From NCBI GenBank assembly GCA_964598125.1, contig CAZRAG010000001.1, positions 8,810 to 72,809 on the forward strand: a DNA stretch of 64,000 nucleotides. Direction: 5' to 3'. Position numbers and translations under genes: made by a program. Positions within the stretch are counted from its first letter, which is position 1; every line of letters starts with the position of its first letter. Below are positions 17,769-26,895 of the stretch, piece by piece. The notes under the pieces were generated by a model, which was not told the origin of the DNA, did no database searches, and saw nothing but the letters and a program-made list of their open reading frames with translations. This stretch comes from an uncultured Pseudomonadales bacterium (GTDB taxonomy: Bacteria; Patescibacteriota; Microgenomatia; UBA1400; UBA1396).

Positions 17769-17805
17769 GGGCGCTACTGTAACAGGTAGCGCCCGCGTTC
17801 GTTTT
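17769..17805 (+). terminator. Intrinsic terminator-like hairpin; second member of the conserved pair
   Basis: gggcgctac-tgtaacag-gtagcgccc followed by gcgttcgtttt. Stem changes relative to 15270 are compensatory (cc/gg to ac/gt). Confidence 0.5.
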
Positions 17806-17818
17806 GTCCTGTACTCAA

Positions 17819-18517
17819 CTAAGCAAGAAGAGGAATCTGCAAAACGGTATTGGGATCGGGAAACAAAAGACTATTTTTGGGCAAATCCTTTACCGTGGAA
17901 TACCCAATAGGGGGGGCGCCTTTTTTTGGGAGTGATGTCAGAAGTTGAATGTGTACATGCCGGGACCAACCACCGTTTTCGTCATTTTTGTAATCTCCAA
18001 GAGAAGCAAACTGTTGACCAGCTTTTAGCTCCAATCCTACTTTAGGAAGTAGAGAAGAGAGGTGCCCATAAAACGTAAAAAAATGTGCCTCACCGAGCGA
18101 ATGTTCCAAAATGCAGTAATTACCGTAGGAATGGGAACTGTTTTCTCTATCAGCGACAACGACCCTTGCCTGATAGGGAGCGTACACGGGTGCTGTGTCT
18201 TTGGTAAACAGATCGATGCCTAAATGTATGGTCCGGCCCTCTAGGGCAATTCGCGACCCGCGAAGCATCTCAATTCTGTTTTCTTGATAACGACCAATGA
18301 GAACAGTCTTGTGAGCAGTGTGCAAAAAAGTGTCATTAAAGATTTGTCTGTTTTCGGGAAGCTTAGGATCTGTTCCTTGAGCGATTGCGTCTTCAAAAAA
18401 AAGGTGAATATTTTTATATTTTGGCAAATCCTTTGGAATTTGATGAAAGTCAAGAAAAACAATCTCCGACTGATGTCTCATACCTTTTATTACTTCAAAA
18501 GATGGATTTGCGATCAT
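17819..18517 (-). CDS. M23-family metallopeptidase
   Basis: HxxxD (HLGIDL) and HxH (HVHIQL) zinc-ligand motifs with typical spacing. Confidence 0.7.
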   Translation of the reverse strand: MIANPSFEVIKGMRHQSEIVFLDFHQIPKDLPKYKNIHLFFEDAIAQGTDPKLPENRQIFNDTFLHTAHKTVLIGRYQENRIEMLRGSRIALEGRTIHLGIDLFTKDTAPVYAPYQARVVVADRENSSHSYGNYCILEHSLGEAHFFTFYGHLSSLLPKVGLELKAGQQFASLGDYKNDENGGWSRHVHIQLLTSLPKKGAPPIGYSTVKDLPKNSLLFPDPNTVLQIPLLA

Positions 18518-18552
18518 ATCAATATATTAACCCAATACCTTTCCGGAAGCTA

Positions 18553-19401
18553 TTATTTTTCCTTTTTGTGCATATAGTTCAAAAAGCGAAAGAGCAGAAA
18601 GCTTGCCACCACTACAAAAAGAATGTCTAGTCCCGGGAGTTTATTGACCCAAGCCGATATTGTTACCGCAACATTTTGAATGGTTTGAGTAATACTTTCT
18701 TCACTACGATCCATGCTTAGCTTCCCTGACTGTGAAAGAAAAATGGTTAAAAGACCAATCCCGGCAAACATCATAAATGAGACAAGATTGGACAGGGTAA
18801 TCATGTGTGTTTTCCCAAAGTACTGAACTTCTCGCACTGGTCGACGCAGTATTGGTTTTTCTAAGAAATTACGCGTATCAATAAATACGCTCGCCAAGTA
18901 AAGAGGGGTAACCATACCCAGAACATACGAGAATCCAACCAGTAATGATTGAGCCGTCGTCGGACTCAAGTTTGAAAGGGCAAGAACACCTATTAACACC
19001 GGTGCACAACAGGCACTGGTCACGCCAGAAAAGATTCCCAAAATATAGGTTGAAAGGGGATCATCAGCTTGCTTGGCAAACTGGAATCTTGGCATAGGTA
19101 ACTTAAAACCCAAAAGCGAACTAAAACCAACAAAGATGAGAAACAGTCCACCAATGGCATATGTTTGGTCATGTGAATTGAAGAAAAATTGACTGAGAGC
19201 TTTGGCACCTAAAACCACGGGCAACATCACGGTGAATATGCCAAGCGAGTAAATAAAGGTCATTAAAACTACTCGCTTTTTTTCCTTAAAGACATTGGCA
19301 AAATAAGCGGGCAAAAGAAAAGTGATACAGCACGGAGCAAATAAGGCGACCATTCCCGCAATGAATGAAGCGAGCACTGAAAGCTGAAACAAGGTATCCA
19401 T
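18553..19401 (-). CDS. Cytochrome c biogenesis CcdA / DsbD-family transmembrane thiol-disulfide transporter
   Basis: 282 aa and polytopic. Two membrane-embedded Cys pairs (FAPCC and SACCAP) in a DsbD_2-like arrangement. Confidence 0.65.
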   Translation of the reverse strand: MDTLFQLSVLASFIAGMVALFAPCCITFLLPAYFANVFKEKKRVVLMTFIYSLGIFTVMLPVVLGAKALSQFFFNSHDQTYAIGGLFLIFVGFSSLLGFKLPMPRFQFAKQADDPLSTYILGIFSGVTSACCAPVLIGVLALSNLSPTTAQSLLVGFSYVLGMVTPLYLASVFIDTRNFLEKPILRRPVREVQYFGKTHMITLSNLVSFMMFAGIGLLTIFLSQSGKLSMDRSEESITQTIQNVAVTISAWVNKLPGLDILFVVVASFLLFRFLNYMHKKEK

Positions 19402-19402
19402 A

Positions 19403-20170
19403 TTACTTCTTTTTAATTACATTGGCGGTGATTTGGGCTTCGATCTCAGAAAAATTGGGGCTATCGGTCTCAATATAAATCGTTCTACTGAGTTCCCCTA
19501 AGTCGGTATCGTCCTTGTGTACCGCTGGATCGAATGAAACCTTCACCGTTGTACTTTCATAGGCACCTAACTCCTCCTTTTCAATAGTGGCTTTGGTACA
19601 GCCACAAGAGGTTGATACCCGAGTAACTTTCATGGGGAGAGGAGAGTAATTGGTTAAGGTAAAGTCGGTTGTTGCTACATAACCATAGATGACGGTACCA
19701 AGATCCTGTTTTTGAGGCCATAACTCAACTGAGACATTCTGTTCTTTGAAGGCATTCGTCCCACCTTCTAGATCGTACACGTTGGTATAGCCCAACTGAG
19801 CAATTTCCTGACTGGCCTGAGAGCTCATACCTCCGGAGCGACAATACACCAGAATGGGTGTGGTCTTATCTTGTGGTAATTTTGAGAGATTGTTTTGTAT
19901 TTGGTCAAACGGGATAAAAGCGTCTGTACCTGGTATATGTGTTTGTTGCGGGGTATGAACATCAATAACAAATGCTTTTTCTTCTTCCAAAAGCTGTCCG
20001 AACTCTTGAGAATTTACACGCTTGACTGCAGGACTGGATGACTCCTCTTCACGGCGATCGCTGGTATTATTTCCCAAAGTTGGCATTTTTTCTGCGGTCA
20101 CCCACCATAATCCTATGCCAGCTAAGAACACAACAAGGAGGATACCAAGAGAGACAGTTATTTTATTCAT
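19403..20170 (-). CDS. Secreted rhodanese-domain protein fused to a C-terminal DUF1573 domain
   Basis: Signal/TM N-terminus. Rhodanese active-site loop YCRSGGMSS. The C-terminal beta-sandwich has a SCGCT motif typical of DUF1573. Confidence 0.65.
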   Translation of the reverse strand: MNKITVSLGILLVVFLAGIGLWWVTAEKMPTLGNNTSDRREEESSSPAVKRVNSQEFGQLLEEEKAFVIDVHTPQQTHIPGTDAFIPFDQIQNNLSKLPQDKTTPILVYCRSGGMSSQASQEIAQLGYTNVYDLEGGTNAFKEQNVSVELWPQKQDLGTVIYGYVATTDFTLTNYSPLPMKVTRVSTSCGCTKATIEKEELGAYESTTVKVSFDPAVHKDDTDLGELSRTIYIETDSPNFSEIEAQITANVIKKK

Positions 20171-20176
20171 ACTTAT

Positions 20177-20761
20177 CTATTGCTTCACTACCGTGGCTGT
20201 TACTTGGAAAGATAATGAAGGATTACTGGCGTCATTGGTGTTAATGGTGACGGTTCGGGAAATAGGTCCAACACCACTTGGTCCATGAAAGGCCGGATCA
20301 AACTCCACCAGTAATTCTGCCTTCTCTCCAGGATTCACTTCAAAAACACTGCCATTCTTTTCGTGCATGCTAAAGCGCTTTGAGGATCGACCCTGAGATT
20401 GAAGTTGAGCCGTAGTACACATACACGATGTTTGAACATCATAGAGTTTAAGGGGAGAGGATCCTTTATTTTCTATAGTAAATGTCTTGCTGACAACACC
20501 ACCATCAATGTCTATGGTTCCCCAATCATGTCTGGTATTTTCTATCTGAGTAGTAACCTGACTATCTGCCACCACTTGTGTTGTGGCACCCAATCTTGCC
20601 CCAAAGAAAATGGCACCACCTAGGAGTAAGACTGTAACAACAATAATTCCCAGTAAAAATGAATCAATACCTTTTTTTGTTTTTTGTTTTTTTACTTTGG
20701 TAGTACAGCAATTCTGTTGCATATGTATTTCTCCTGTTATGGTTGATATTTCGTTGGTCAT
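20177..20761 (-). CDS. DUF1573 domain protein, membrane-anchored
   Basis: TM anchor followed by FTIENKGSSPLKLYDVQTSCMCT, a DUF1573 signature. Confidence 0.6.
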   Translation of the reverse strand: MTNEISTITGEIHMQQNCCTTKVKKQKTKKGIDSFLLGIIVVTVLLLGGAIFFGARLGATTQVVADSQVTTQIENTRHDWGTIDIDGGVVSKTFTIENKGSSPLKLYDVQTSCMCTTAQLQSQGRSSKRFSMHEKNGSVFEVNPGEKAELLVEFDPAFHGPSGVGPISRTVTINTNDASNPSLSFQVTATVVKQ

Positions 20762-20767
20762 GATTCC

Positions 20768-21796
20768 CTAGGCCCCACAGCCCCCACCGCCCTGTGGTAT
20801 TTCGGGCAGGCTTTGAATTTGTTGACGAGCTTGCTGATAACCTTGGGCACTGGAATATTCTTTCCCTAACACAATCTTGGGGTCGACTTGATTCCAATCT
20901 TGTCCTTGTTCTTTAAAGTAGGTAGCCAGATCCATATACGTTTGAGGGAACCAATAAGCGTTAACTTGCAAAGCAACTCGGTACATTTCCTCTTTGGAAA
21001 CTCCATTTTTAGCCATGAGTTCAAGCAATCCGAGCATAGCCATACCATGATTACAATCAGGGAAATGGGTTGAGTTTCCACAACATGGCCGGTAAATACC
21101 TCTGGAGACTTCGTCAACAAGCGCTTGTTGTTCACTTGATAGCATTACATAGGCGTGTTTACTATAGTGATCAAAGCCTGGCCCTTTAGCTAAAGACCAA
21201 CCTCCGGTGGAAGCAAACTGACTCGCGTCACCACCATATTCGGGATCAGTCATTTCTCCCATCTCCAGGATTTCATTCTTGTTTCCTAAACCGAATGCCC
21301 AAAGGATATCAAGGATAAAGCGACTATTTTCCTGGTTGATGACGATTGGTTCAGTCACGTTACCAGTGAGAATCTGTTCATCTTGATTGGTGAGTCCACC
21401 TTCGAAAAGAGCTCGAAATTTTGCTTCATCGATCACACCGTCGTCGATCATTTTCTTTCCGAGATCTCCCCAGGTTATGGGGAGGGCAAGACCTTCTGAC
21501 GGGAGTACTTGTTGACTAAGACTATTGGTATCAATAGAGGCAGATGAATTATCTGGGTTCAACGTAACCGATTGAGTTTGATTCGTATTCAAAAGAGATT
21601 GTAAAATCTGTAATTTCGGCGTGATACGAACGTCAAATAACTGTGTCAAAACAATTATGGCAAACAGTAATAAGGCCATCGCTTTCCAGAAATTGCCCTG
21701 CTCCATGAGTTGTGGAACTTGGGAAACCATTTTTTTGTTACTTGTTTCGTTGTTGTCGGTCATGAATCTCCTTTGACTGATAGATGCCAGGAGCAT
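20768..21796 (-). CDS. Membrane-anchored hypothetical protein with a Cys-rich C-terminal domain
   Basis: 342 aa with an N-terminal TM helix. Cys cluster RPCCGNSTHFPDCNHG and a C-terminal GGGGCGA. Its stop abuts the next gene's start. Confidence 0.5.
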   Translation of the reverse strand: MLLASISQRRFMTDNNETSNKKMVSQVPQLMEQGNFWKAMALLLFAIIVLTQLFDVRITPKLQILQSLLNTNQTQSVTLNPDNSSASIDTNSLSQQVLPSEGLALPITWGDLGKKMIDDGVIDEAKFRALFEGGLTNQDEQILTGNVTEPIVINQENSRFILDILWAFGLGNKNEILEMGEMTDPEYGGDASQFASTGGWSLAKGPGFDHYSKHAYVMLSSEQQALVDEVSRGIYRPCCGNSTHFPDCNHGMAMLGLLELMAKNGVSKEEMYRVALQVNAYWFPQTYMDLATYFKEQGQDWNQVDPKIVLGKEYSSAQGYQQARQQIQSLPEIPQGGGGCGA

Positions 21797-21831
21797 AACA
21801 AGTAGAAGATGAAAAGAAGATGAAATATGAG

Positions 21832-23190
21832 TTAAGGGAGGGTAATGGTCACGGTTGAGCCCTTACCGACCCGAGACTCGAAATGAATGGTGCCTCCCAT
21901 ACTTTCAATCACCGCTTGAGAAATAGACAAACCTAATCCAGAACCAGCAGCCTTTGCCTGTGTTCCTCGGAAAAATCTAGAAAATATCTTATCTTTGTCT
22001 TGTGCAGTCACCCCAATTCCCGTATCAGCTAGAGTGAGGAGAATTCCATTAGGGGATTGACTCATCTCGATAGTGATCGACCCCGCTTGCCGGTTATAGA
22101 TTACGGCGTTGTGAGCAATGTTACTTATAGCCCGTAAAAAGAGTGGCCTGTTTCCCCGGATTGATATGTTCTTTTCAATCTTTGCGTGGACAGTAATATT
22201 TTTTTGCTCAGCCAAAGTCGAAGTAATCTCTACAAGCTCTGAAACAAGTTCGGAAAGAGAGAAGGTTGTCAATTCTTGATTATGGCTGTCTACCTTTGAG
22301 AGAAAAAGCAAATCCTGAATAGTTTCGTTAGTACTCTCAATGACATTTTGGAGTTCTGTTTTCTGGCGTAAGCTGATTGGCAAATTCTCTATTTGTGCAT
22401 GTAAAACCGCGAGTGGTGTTTTGAGGGTGTGAGCCGCATCTGAAAAGAAAATTCTTTCTCGAATAAAAACATCTTCCAGTTGGGCAAGCATGTGGTTGAG
22501 AGTTTTCTGAATCGTGGCTAACTCCTCCGTAGGTTGAGCGAGCTCTATCCGACGTGACAAGGATGTGCTGGTATTAATCTTCTGAGCCTGCTGAGCAATA
22601 CTCTGTAGTGGAGCCAACTGCTTTCGTAATAATCTATAACCCAAATACGTTAAGGGAACTATGCAAAACACGATGATGAGACCAACAATAAAGAGAATAT
22701 TTGTAAAGGTTGAGGTGAGAATCTGAGTAGAATAGCCAACTGCCAAAATACCTTTCCCGGCATTGATTTGCACCGGAACAGCGGCAAAGCGAATGCCACT
22801 CTCAGTAAAGTGGCTGGGAACAGAGTCGTTTACGTTACTTGAAGAAAGAATGCCTTGTAATTGATGCTCAGTCACAACCGCAACATCAGGACTATTGGTT
22901 TCTAAAATAGGTGAACCATCAGGTGAGAGCAGAACTATGGTCATACCTTTAGCACTTACCAGATTCTTCAATAACTCTTGGCGTTGCTCATTCTGAAACT
23001 GCTGCACAATCTGGGCTGCCTCGGTAACCACAATATGGACATGGTGATCAATCTGACTTTGCAACGTAAACCAAAAAAGAATACTCGTAGAAAGCAAGAG
23101 AAGAGAAACAATTGTTATGATCGAGCCTACATACCAGAGAGCAAGTTTACCCTGTAGACTCGTCCTGAAAGCGCTAAGAGTCTTTTTCAT
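21832..23190 (-). CDS. Sensor histidine kinase (HAMP-HisKA-HATPase)
   Basis: Two TM helices, an H-box (AAHTLKTPL), and C-terminal N/G-box motifs (GSGLGLSI). Confidence 0.8.
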   Translation of the reverse strand: MKKTLSAFRTSLQGKLALWYVGSIITIVSLLLLSTSILFWFTLQSQIDHHVHIVVTEAAQIVQQFQNEQRQELLKNLVSAKGMTIVLLSPDGSPILETNSPDVAVVTEHQLQGILSSSNVNDSVPSHFTESGIRFAAVPVQINAGKGILAVGYSTQILTSTFTNILFIVGLIIVFCIVPLTYLGYRLLRKQLAPLQSIAQQAQKINTSTSLSRRIELAQPTEELATIQKTLNHMLAQLEDVFIRERIFFSDAAHTLKTPLAVLHAQIENLPISLRQKTELQNVIESTNETIQDLLFLSKVDSHNQELTTFSLSELVSELVEITSTLAEQKNITVHAKIEKNISIRGNRPLFLRAISNIAHNAVIYNRQAGSITIEMSQSPNGILLTLADTGIGVTAQDKDKIFSRFFRGTQAKAAGSGLGLSISQAVIESMGGTIHFESRVGKGSTVTITLP

Positions 23191-23195
23191 CTTTT

Positions 23196-23864
23196 TTACG
23201 TCCTAATAATGTATCCTTTTCCACGGATAGTCGTTATGAATCCCTTGTCAGTGTGTTCACCAATCTTTCTTCTCAGATTTCTAATATAAACGTCAATAAC
23301 ATTGGAAAAAGAGTCAAAATCATTTCCCCAAATATGTTCCATGAGCATAGTCCTTGTTACCACTTGGTTGCTATGAAAGGCAAGATATTCAAGGAGGGCA
23401 AATTCTTTAGCGGTTAAATCAAGTTCGTGATTATTAATGGAGGCCTTATGCTCAGACGGTTGAATAATCAGTTCCCCTAGGGTAATTATGGGGAGGGTAT
23501 GCTGACTGTTTCGACGAATAACGGCCCGTACCCGAGCCACTAATTCATTGCTATCAATAGGTTTCGGAACGTAATCATCTGCACCTAAATTGAGTCCCTT
23601 GATTCGATCCTCCACTTCTCCTCGAGCGGTGATAATAATTATGGGAGTCTGAAATGATTTCGCTCTCAATCGCTCCAAAAAGGAGAGTCCACTCCCATCA
23701 GGAAGGTTAATATCCAGGATAAGGCAGTCATATTCATTGACATCTATTTCAATTTCTGCCTTTTCCAAGGAGTGAGCAAGATTAACGGCAAATCCCTCTT
23801 TATAAAGTGTTTTTCTCACATTTTCTGCGAGAGCAAGATCATCTTCTACCAGGAGTAATTTCAT
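23196..23864 (-). CDS. OmpR-family response regulator
   Basis: Receiver domain (LVEDD...DINLPDGSG) plus a winged-helix C-terminus ending GKGYIIRT. Confidence 0.85.
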   Translation of the reverse strand: MKLLLVEDDLALAENVRKTLYKEGFAVNLAHSLEKAEIEIDVNEYDCLILDINLPDGSGLSFLERLRAKSFQTPIIIITARGEVEDRIKGLNLGADDYVPKPIDSNELVARVRAVIRRNSQHTLPIITLGELIIQPSEHKASINNHELDLTAKEFALLEYLAFHSNQVVTRTMLMEHIWGNDFDSFSNVIDVYIRNLRRKIGEHTDKGFITTIRGKGYIIRT

Positions 23865-23949
23865 ATTTTGGCAATAATTAAAACATATTCGCTAATTTGA
23901 ATATGTATACTATACCATGCAATGAGAACTCTCTTTACCTAATGTAAAT

Positions 23950-24390
23950 TTATTCTAACCGCCCTAAAATTCTCTCCATTTGATCAATCTCTTCTTGTTG
24001 GGAAGAAATGATCTGAGAGCAGAGTTGTCTCAACTCAGAATCATTGATTTGTGACCGTTCACACATCAAGATAGCTCCTGAGTGGTGAGGAATCATGGAA
24101 CGAATAAACTCTTTATCCTCAATAAAGGACTGCTGACGGATAAAGAGAAAGGCCAAGAAAAGTACGAACACACCTATTGCTCCCACGGCTCGAAGCGCAT
24201 TTTTCTGCTCATACATGGAGCCCATGAGAAACACTTCGATAATAAGCATAGGAGCCGTCATTACGGCTGCCATATAAAAGTTATTGAGACTGGGATATAT
24301 ATTGTCCCAGGTGTTCACCATGGCGTACATAAGAATATACATCGCAATAAAGTGCAAAAGAGACATTACGGCCAAACGATTGATATGCAT
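23950..24390 (-). CDS. DUF305-family membrane protein
   Basis: C-terminal MIPHHSGAILM motif characteristic of DUF305; N-terminal TM helices. Confidence 0.55.
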   Translation of the reverse strand: MHINRLAVMSLLHFIAMYILMYAMVNTWDNIYPSLNNFYMAAVMTAPMLIIEVFLMGSMYEQKNALRAVGAIGVFVLFLAFLFIRQQSFIEDKEFIRSMIPHHSGAILMCERSQINDSELRQLCSQIISSQQEEIDQMERILGRLE

Positions 24391-24416
24391 AGCTATGCAC
24401 TGTAACTTTTTTTAAA

Positions 24417-24980
24417 GTGAATTTTGTGAAAAGCGAGAAATACCCATGTAAGAGTATTTTGAATTTTCCTCTCTCTTTTCGATATACTGATTCTATGAAC
24501 AAACTAAACACTGATGTCTGTTGCCAACAATTTGAACCAGCCAAATTCCATGAAAAAACTCATGTCTGGAAAAACAAACTCTTTCTTCAAGATGACGTAC
24601 TTCAATTCATGCATATTCCCCTCAACATGGGTTCCGTGATTAAAAGAATGTTTGCCACAATCGAAAATGCTAAAGCCATGCCCAAAACTGAAGACTTCTT
24701 AATGCTCTGTTATGATCCGTCACCATGGAAATCACAGATACACATGATCGTTACCAAAGAAATACCAGATGGAAAAATGGTCAGCTTATCGGGCACCTAC
24801 TTAAGCAAAGTGTACGATGGGCCCTATAACGCCGTCCCGGAGTGGATCAAAGATATGGATACCTACGTTGCCCAAAAAGGGAAGAGCATTAAAAAATACT
24901 ATTTCCATTATGCTTATTGCCCCAAATGTGCCAAAAAATACGGGCATAACTATTGTGTGGCTTTTGCTCAGATTGATTGA
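24417..24980 (+). CDS. Hypothetical Cys-containing protein
   Basis: 187-aa ORF with a C-terminal CPKC...C motif. It directly abuts a deacetylase gene remnant. Confidence 0.4.
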   Translation: MNFVKSEKYPCKSILNFPLSFRYTDSMNKLNTDVCCQQFEPAKFHEKTHVWKNKLFLQDDVLQFMHIPLNMGSVIKRMFATIENAKAMPKTEDFLMLCYDPSPWKSQIHMIVTKEIPDGKMVSLSGTYLSKVYDGPYNAVPEWIKDMDTYVAQKGKSIKKYYFHYAYCPKCAKKYGHNYCVAFAQID

Positions 24981-24981
24981 G

Positions 24982-25116
24982 TTTTCATTGCTGCATCCCT
25001 TTTGCGAATCTTGTTCCAGTGACCGGCAAGCCTTACCCGCCATAATAGAAAACTTACAATCAAAGGGCTATACTTTTGTTACCGTATCCGATCTTTTGAA
25101 CTATGATACTGACTAA
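24982..25116 (+). pseudogene. C-terminal remnant of a polysaccharide deacetylase (NodB-family) gene
   Basis: Translation SLLHPFCESCSSDRQALPAIIENLQSKGYTFVTVSDLLNY resembles the conserved C-terminus of NodB deacetylases (LLHD...ALP.II..L...GY.FVT.SEL). No upstream catalytic region is present in that frame. Confidence 0.4.
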
Positions 25117-25456
25117 AAAAAGAGTTCGTTGGATACCAAGCATCCTGAGCTTGGGATTCGTGGCGTTTCTTTCACTTTTCTCGCTTGATGTTTTTTCGCA
25201 GTATTCCGGATTGAATGTTGTCTTACCTTTACTTATTCATCTCATCCCATCTTTGTTACTCATAGGAATAACGGCTATTGCCTGGAAACTAGAATGGGTT
25301 GGCACACTGGTGTATTGGGGATTTGCGGTTTGGTATATCTCAAATGTTGGATTTTCCCGGCCTGTAAGCTGGTATCTCGGCATTGCCTTGCCAGCCTTTA
25401 TTGTTGGAACGCTGTACTTGATGAGCTGGCTACTTAGAAGACGAGTGAGAAAATAA
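25103..25456 (+). CDS. Small polytopic membrane protein
   Basis: 117 aa with 3-4 TM helices. Confidence 0.45.
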   Translation: MILTKKRVRWIPSILSLGFVAFLSLFSLDVFSQYSGLNVVLPLLIHLIPSLLLIGITAIAWKLEWVGTLVYWGFAVWYISNVGFSRPVSWYLGIALPAFIVGTLYLMSWLLRRRVRK

Positions 25457-25491
25457 ATAATCTTGTCCGCATTCGTTTTTCATCCATAAGT

Positions 25492-26370
25492 ATGGCTCCA
25501 AACGAGCCCCTTTTTTTGTGTTACACTCATGGCCTAGCCACCAAAAAACGTGAGGGGATGTGCATGTACGTAACCATTATTAATGATTGCAAAGATAATA
25601 ATGCCATGAATCGTCAAGCGACCCGAGCGGCCGCTTTTTTTGGGGCCCCTGTTTCCAAACTCGGTGTTACCGACTTTGGCGAGCAGGGGAGTGGGGAAAT
25701 CGAGGCCGCAGGCAACATTATTGAAACCATCGACGCTGCCCAAGATAACCCTGGAATCATTCTGGCGAATGTTGCTATCCGCCATGGCAAAGGCAAGCGC
25801 TTCCCGAACGGCACACCATTTGGCTACTTTACCTACAAAGACACCTTTGTTTTTGCCTCGATTGATGGCTTCACGCTGTCACTCGTCAAAAAATTTGGTC
25901 TCACCAAAACAATCAATGTTTTTGATATACCGACAGTTATGGATGCCATGATTGCACAAGGTGTTTTTCCCAAGCAGCAACGCGAACTCGTGGTGGATAG
26001 TCAATTCCGAAGCTTTGAATTTTTGCCCCGTGTTGCCCAGTGGATTACCAAGGGTCTCGAAGTACCAAGTACCCCGCAAAGCATTGACGAGGTAGTGGAT
26101 ATGCCCAACTGTATTTGGTGGGTTGATAATTTTGGCAACTGTATTACCTCATTGTTGCCAGCAGATGTAGATTTTGCTCCAGGCAAGAAAGTTTCAACCA
26201 AACTTGGTGAGTTCACCTGTTACCAAAAACTTAAAGACGTCCCTAACGGTGAAGAGGGCTTGATTATTGGAAGTTCTGGTTTAGGGTTGCAACGCTTTTT
26301 GTGGCTCGTCATCCAGGGTGGTAATTTTGCCAAAAAACACAGTGTCGTTACCGGTACGGAAATTCTCTAA
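25492..26370 (+). CDS. SAM hydroxide adenosyltransferase-like (DUF62 / fluorinase-fold) protein, tentative
   Basis: C-terminal motif WVDNFGNCITSL resembles the D.FGN..TNI motif of the DUF62 C-terminal domain. The N-terminal match is weak. The start may be the internal Met (MCMYVTI). Confidence 0.4.
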   Translation: MAPNEPLFLCYTHGLATKKREGMCMYVTIINDCKDNNAMNRQATRAAAFFGAPVSKLGVTDFGEQGSGEIEAAGNIIETIDAAQDNPGIILANVAIRHGKGKRFPNGTPFGYFTYKDTFVFASIDGFTLSLVKKFGLTKTINVFDIPTVMDAMIAQGVFPKQQRELVVDSQFRSFEFLPRVAQWITKGLEVPSTPQSIDEVVDMPNCIWWVDNFGNCITSLLPADVDFAPGKKVSTKLGEFTCYQKLKDVPNGEEGLIIGSSGLGLQRFLWLVIQGGNFAKKHSVVTGTEIL

Positions 26371-26373
26371 TTC

Positions 26374-26664
26374 CTACTGGCCATCCTGGTCGTTACGAAC
26401 ATTGACGTCAACTTCATCTGGTATCGGTACGTTTATATTGGTATCGCCCCCTTCTGGTTGTGCTTGATCTGGGACGCTCGGTGCCTGAACGTTATTCTCA
26501 ACATTTGTGGTGGGAGCTCCACCCGTATTGCCGCCTCTTAAGTAGGGCATACCAAAAAACCAAAAGAGGAAAACCAGTGCCAAGACCAGCAATATGACGG
26601 CCAATATTCCGCTCGAGTTCGATGACTCAGTTGGTGTGCCTGGTGTATTTACAATCGTTGCCAT
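26374..26664 (-). CDS. Small membrane protein
   Basis: 96 aa with one TM helix and a Pro/Thr/Asn-rich tail. Confidence 0.35.
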   Translation of the reverse strand: MATIVNTPGTPTESSNSSGILAVILLVLALVFLFWFFGMPYLRGGNTGGAPTTNVENNVQAPSVPDQAQPEGGDTNINVPIPDEVDVNVRNDQDGQ

Positions 26665-26895
26665 ATGACTCCATTCCTCTTTGTATTTTTACAAGCATGG
26701 GCAAGGTGCATGAAAATTGCATATGCACACCATAAGAAGTTGGTATGAATTCTCCAAATAAAATAGAGCTTTCCCTGGATGATCTTATTGAGTTGAAGAG
26801 AGTATGACTGTCCTATTACTCCCTCTTTACGAGGATCTCACTTGCTAACGGTAATGTTCATTTGTGAGTCCAAAGAATAAAGAGAAAGGAAATAT

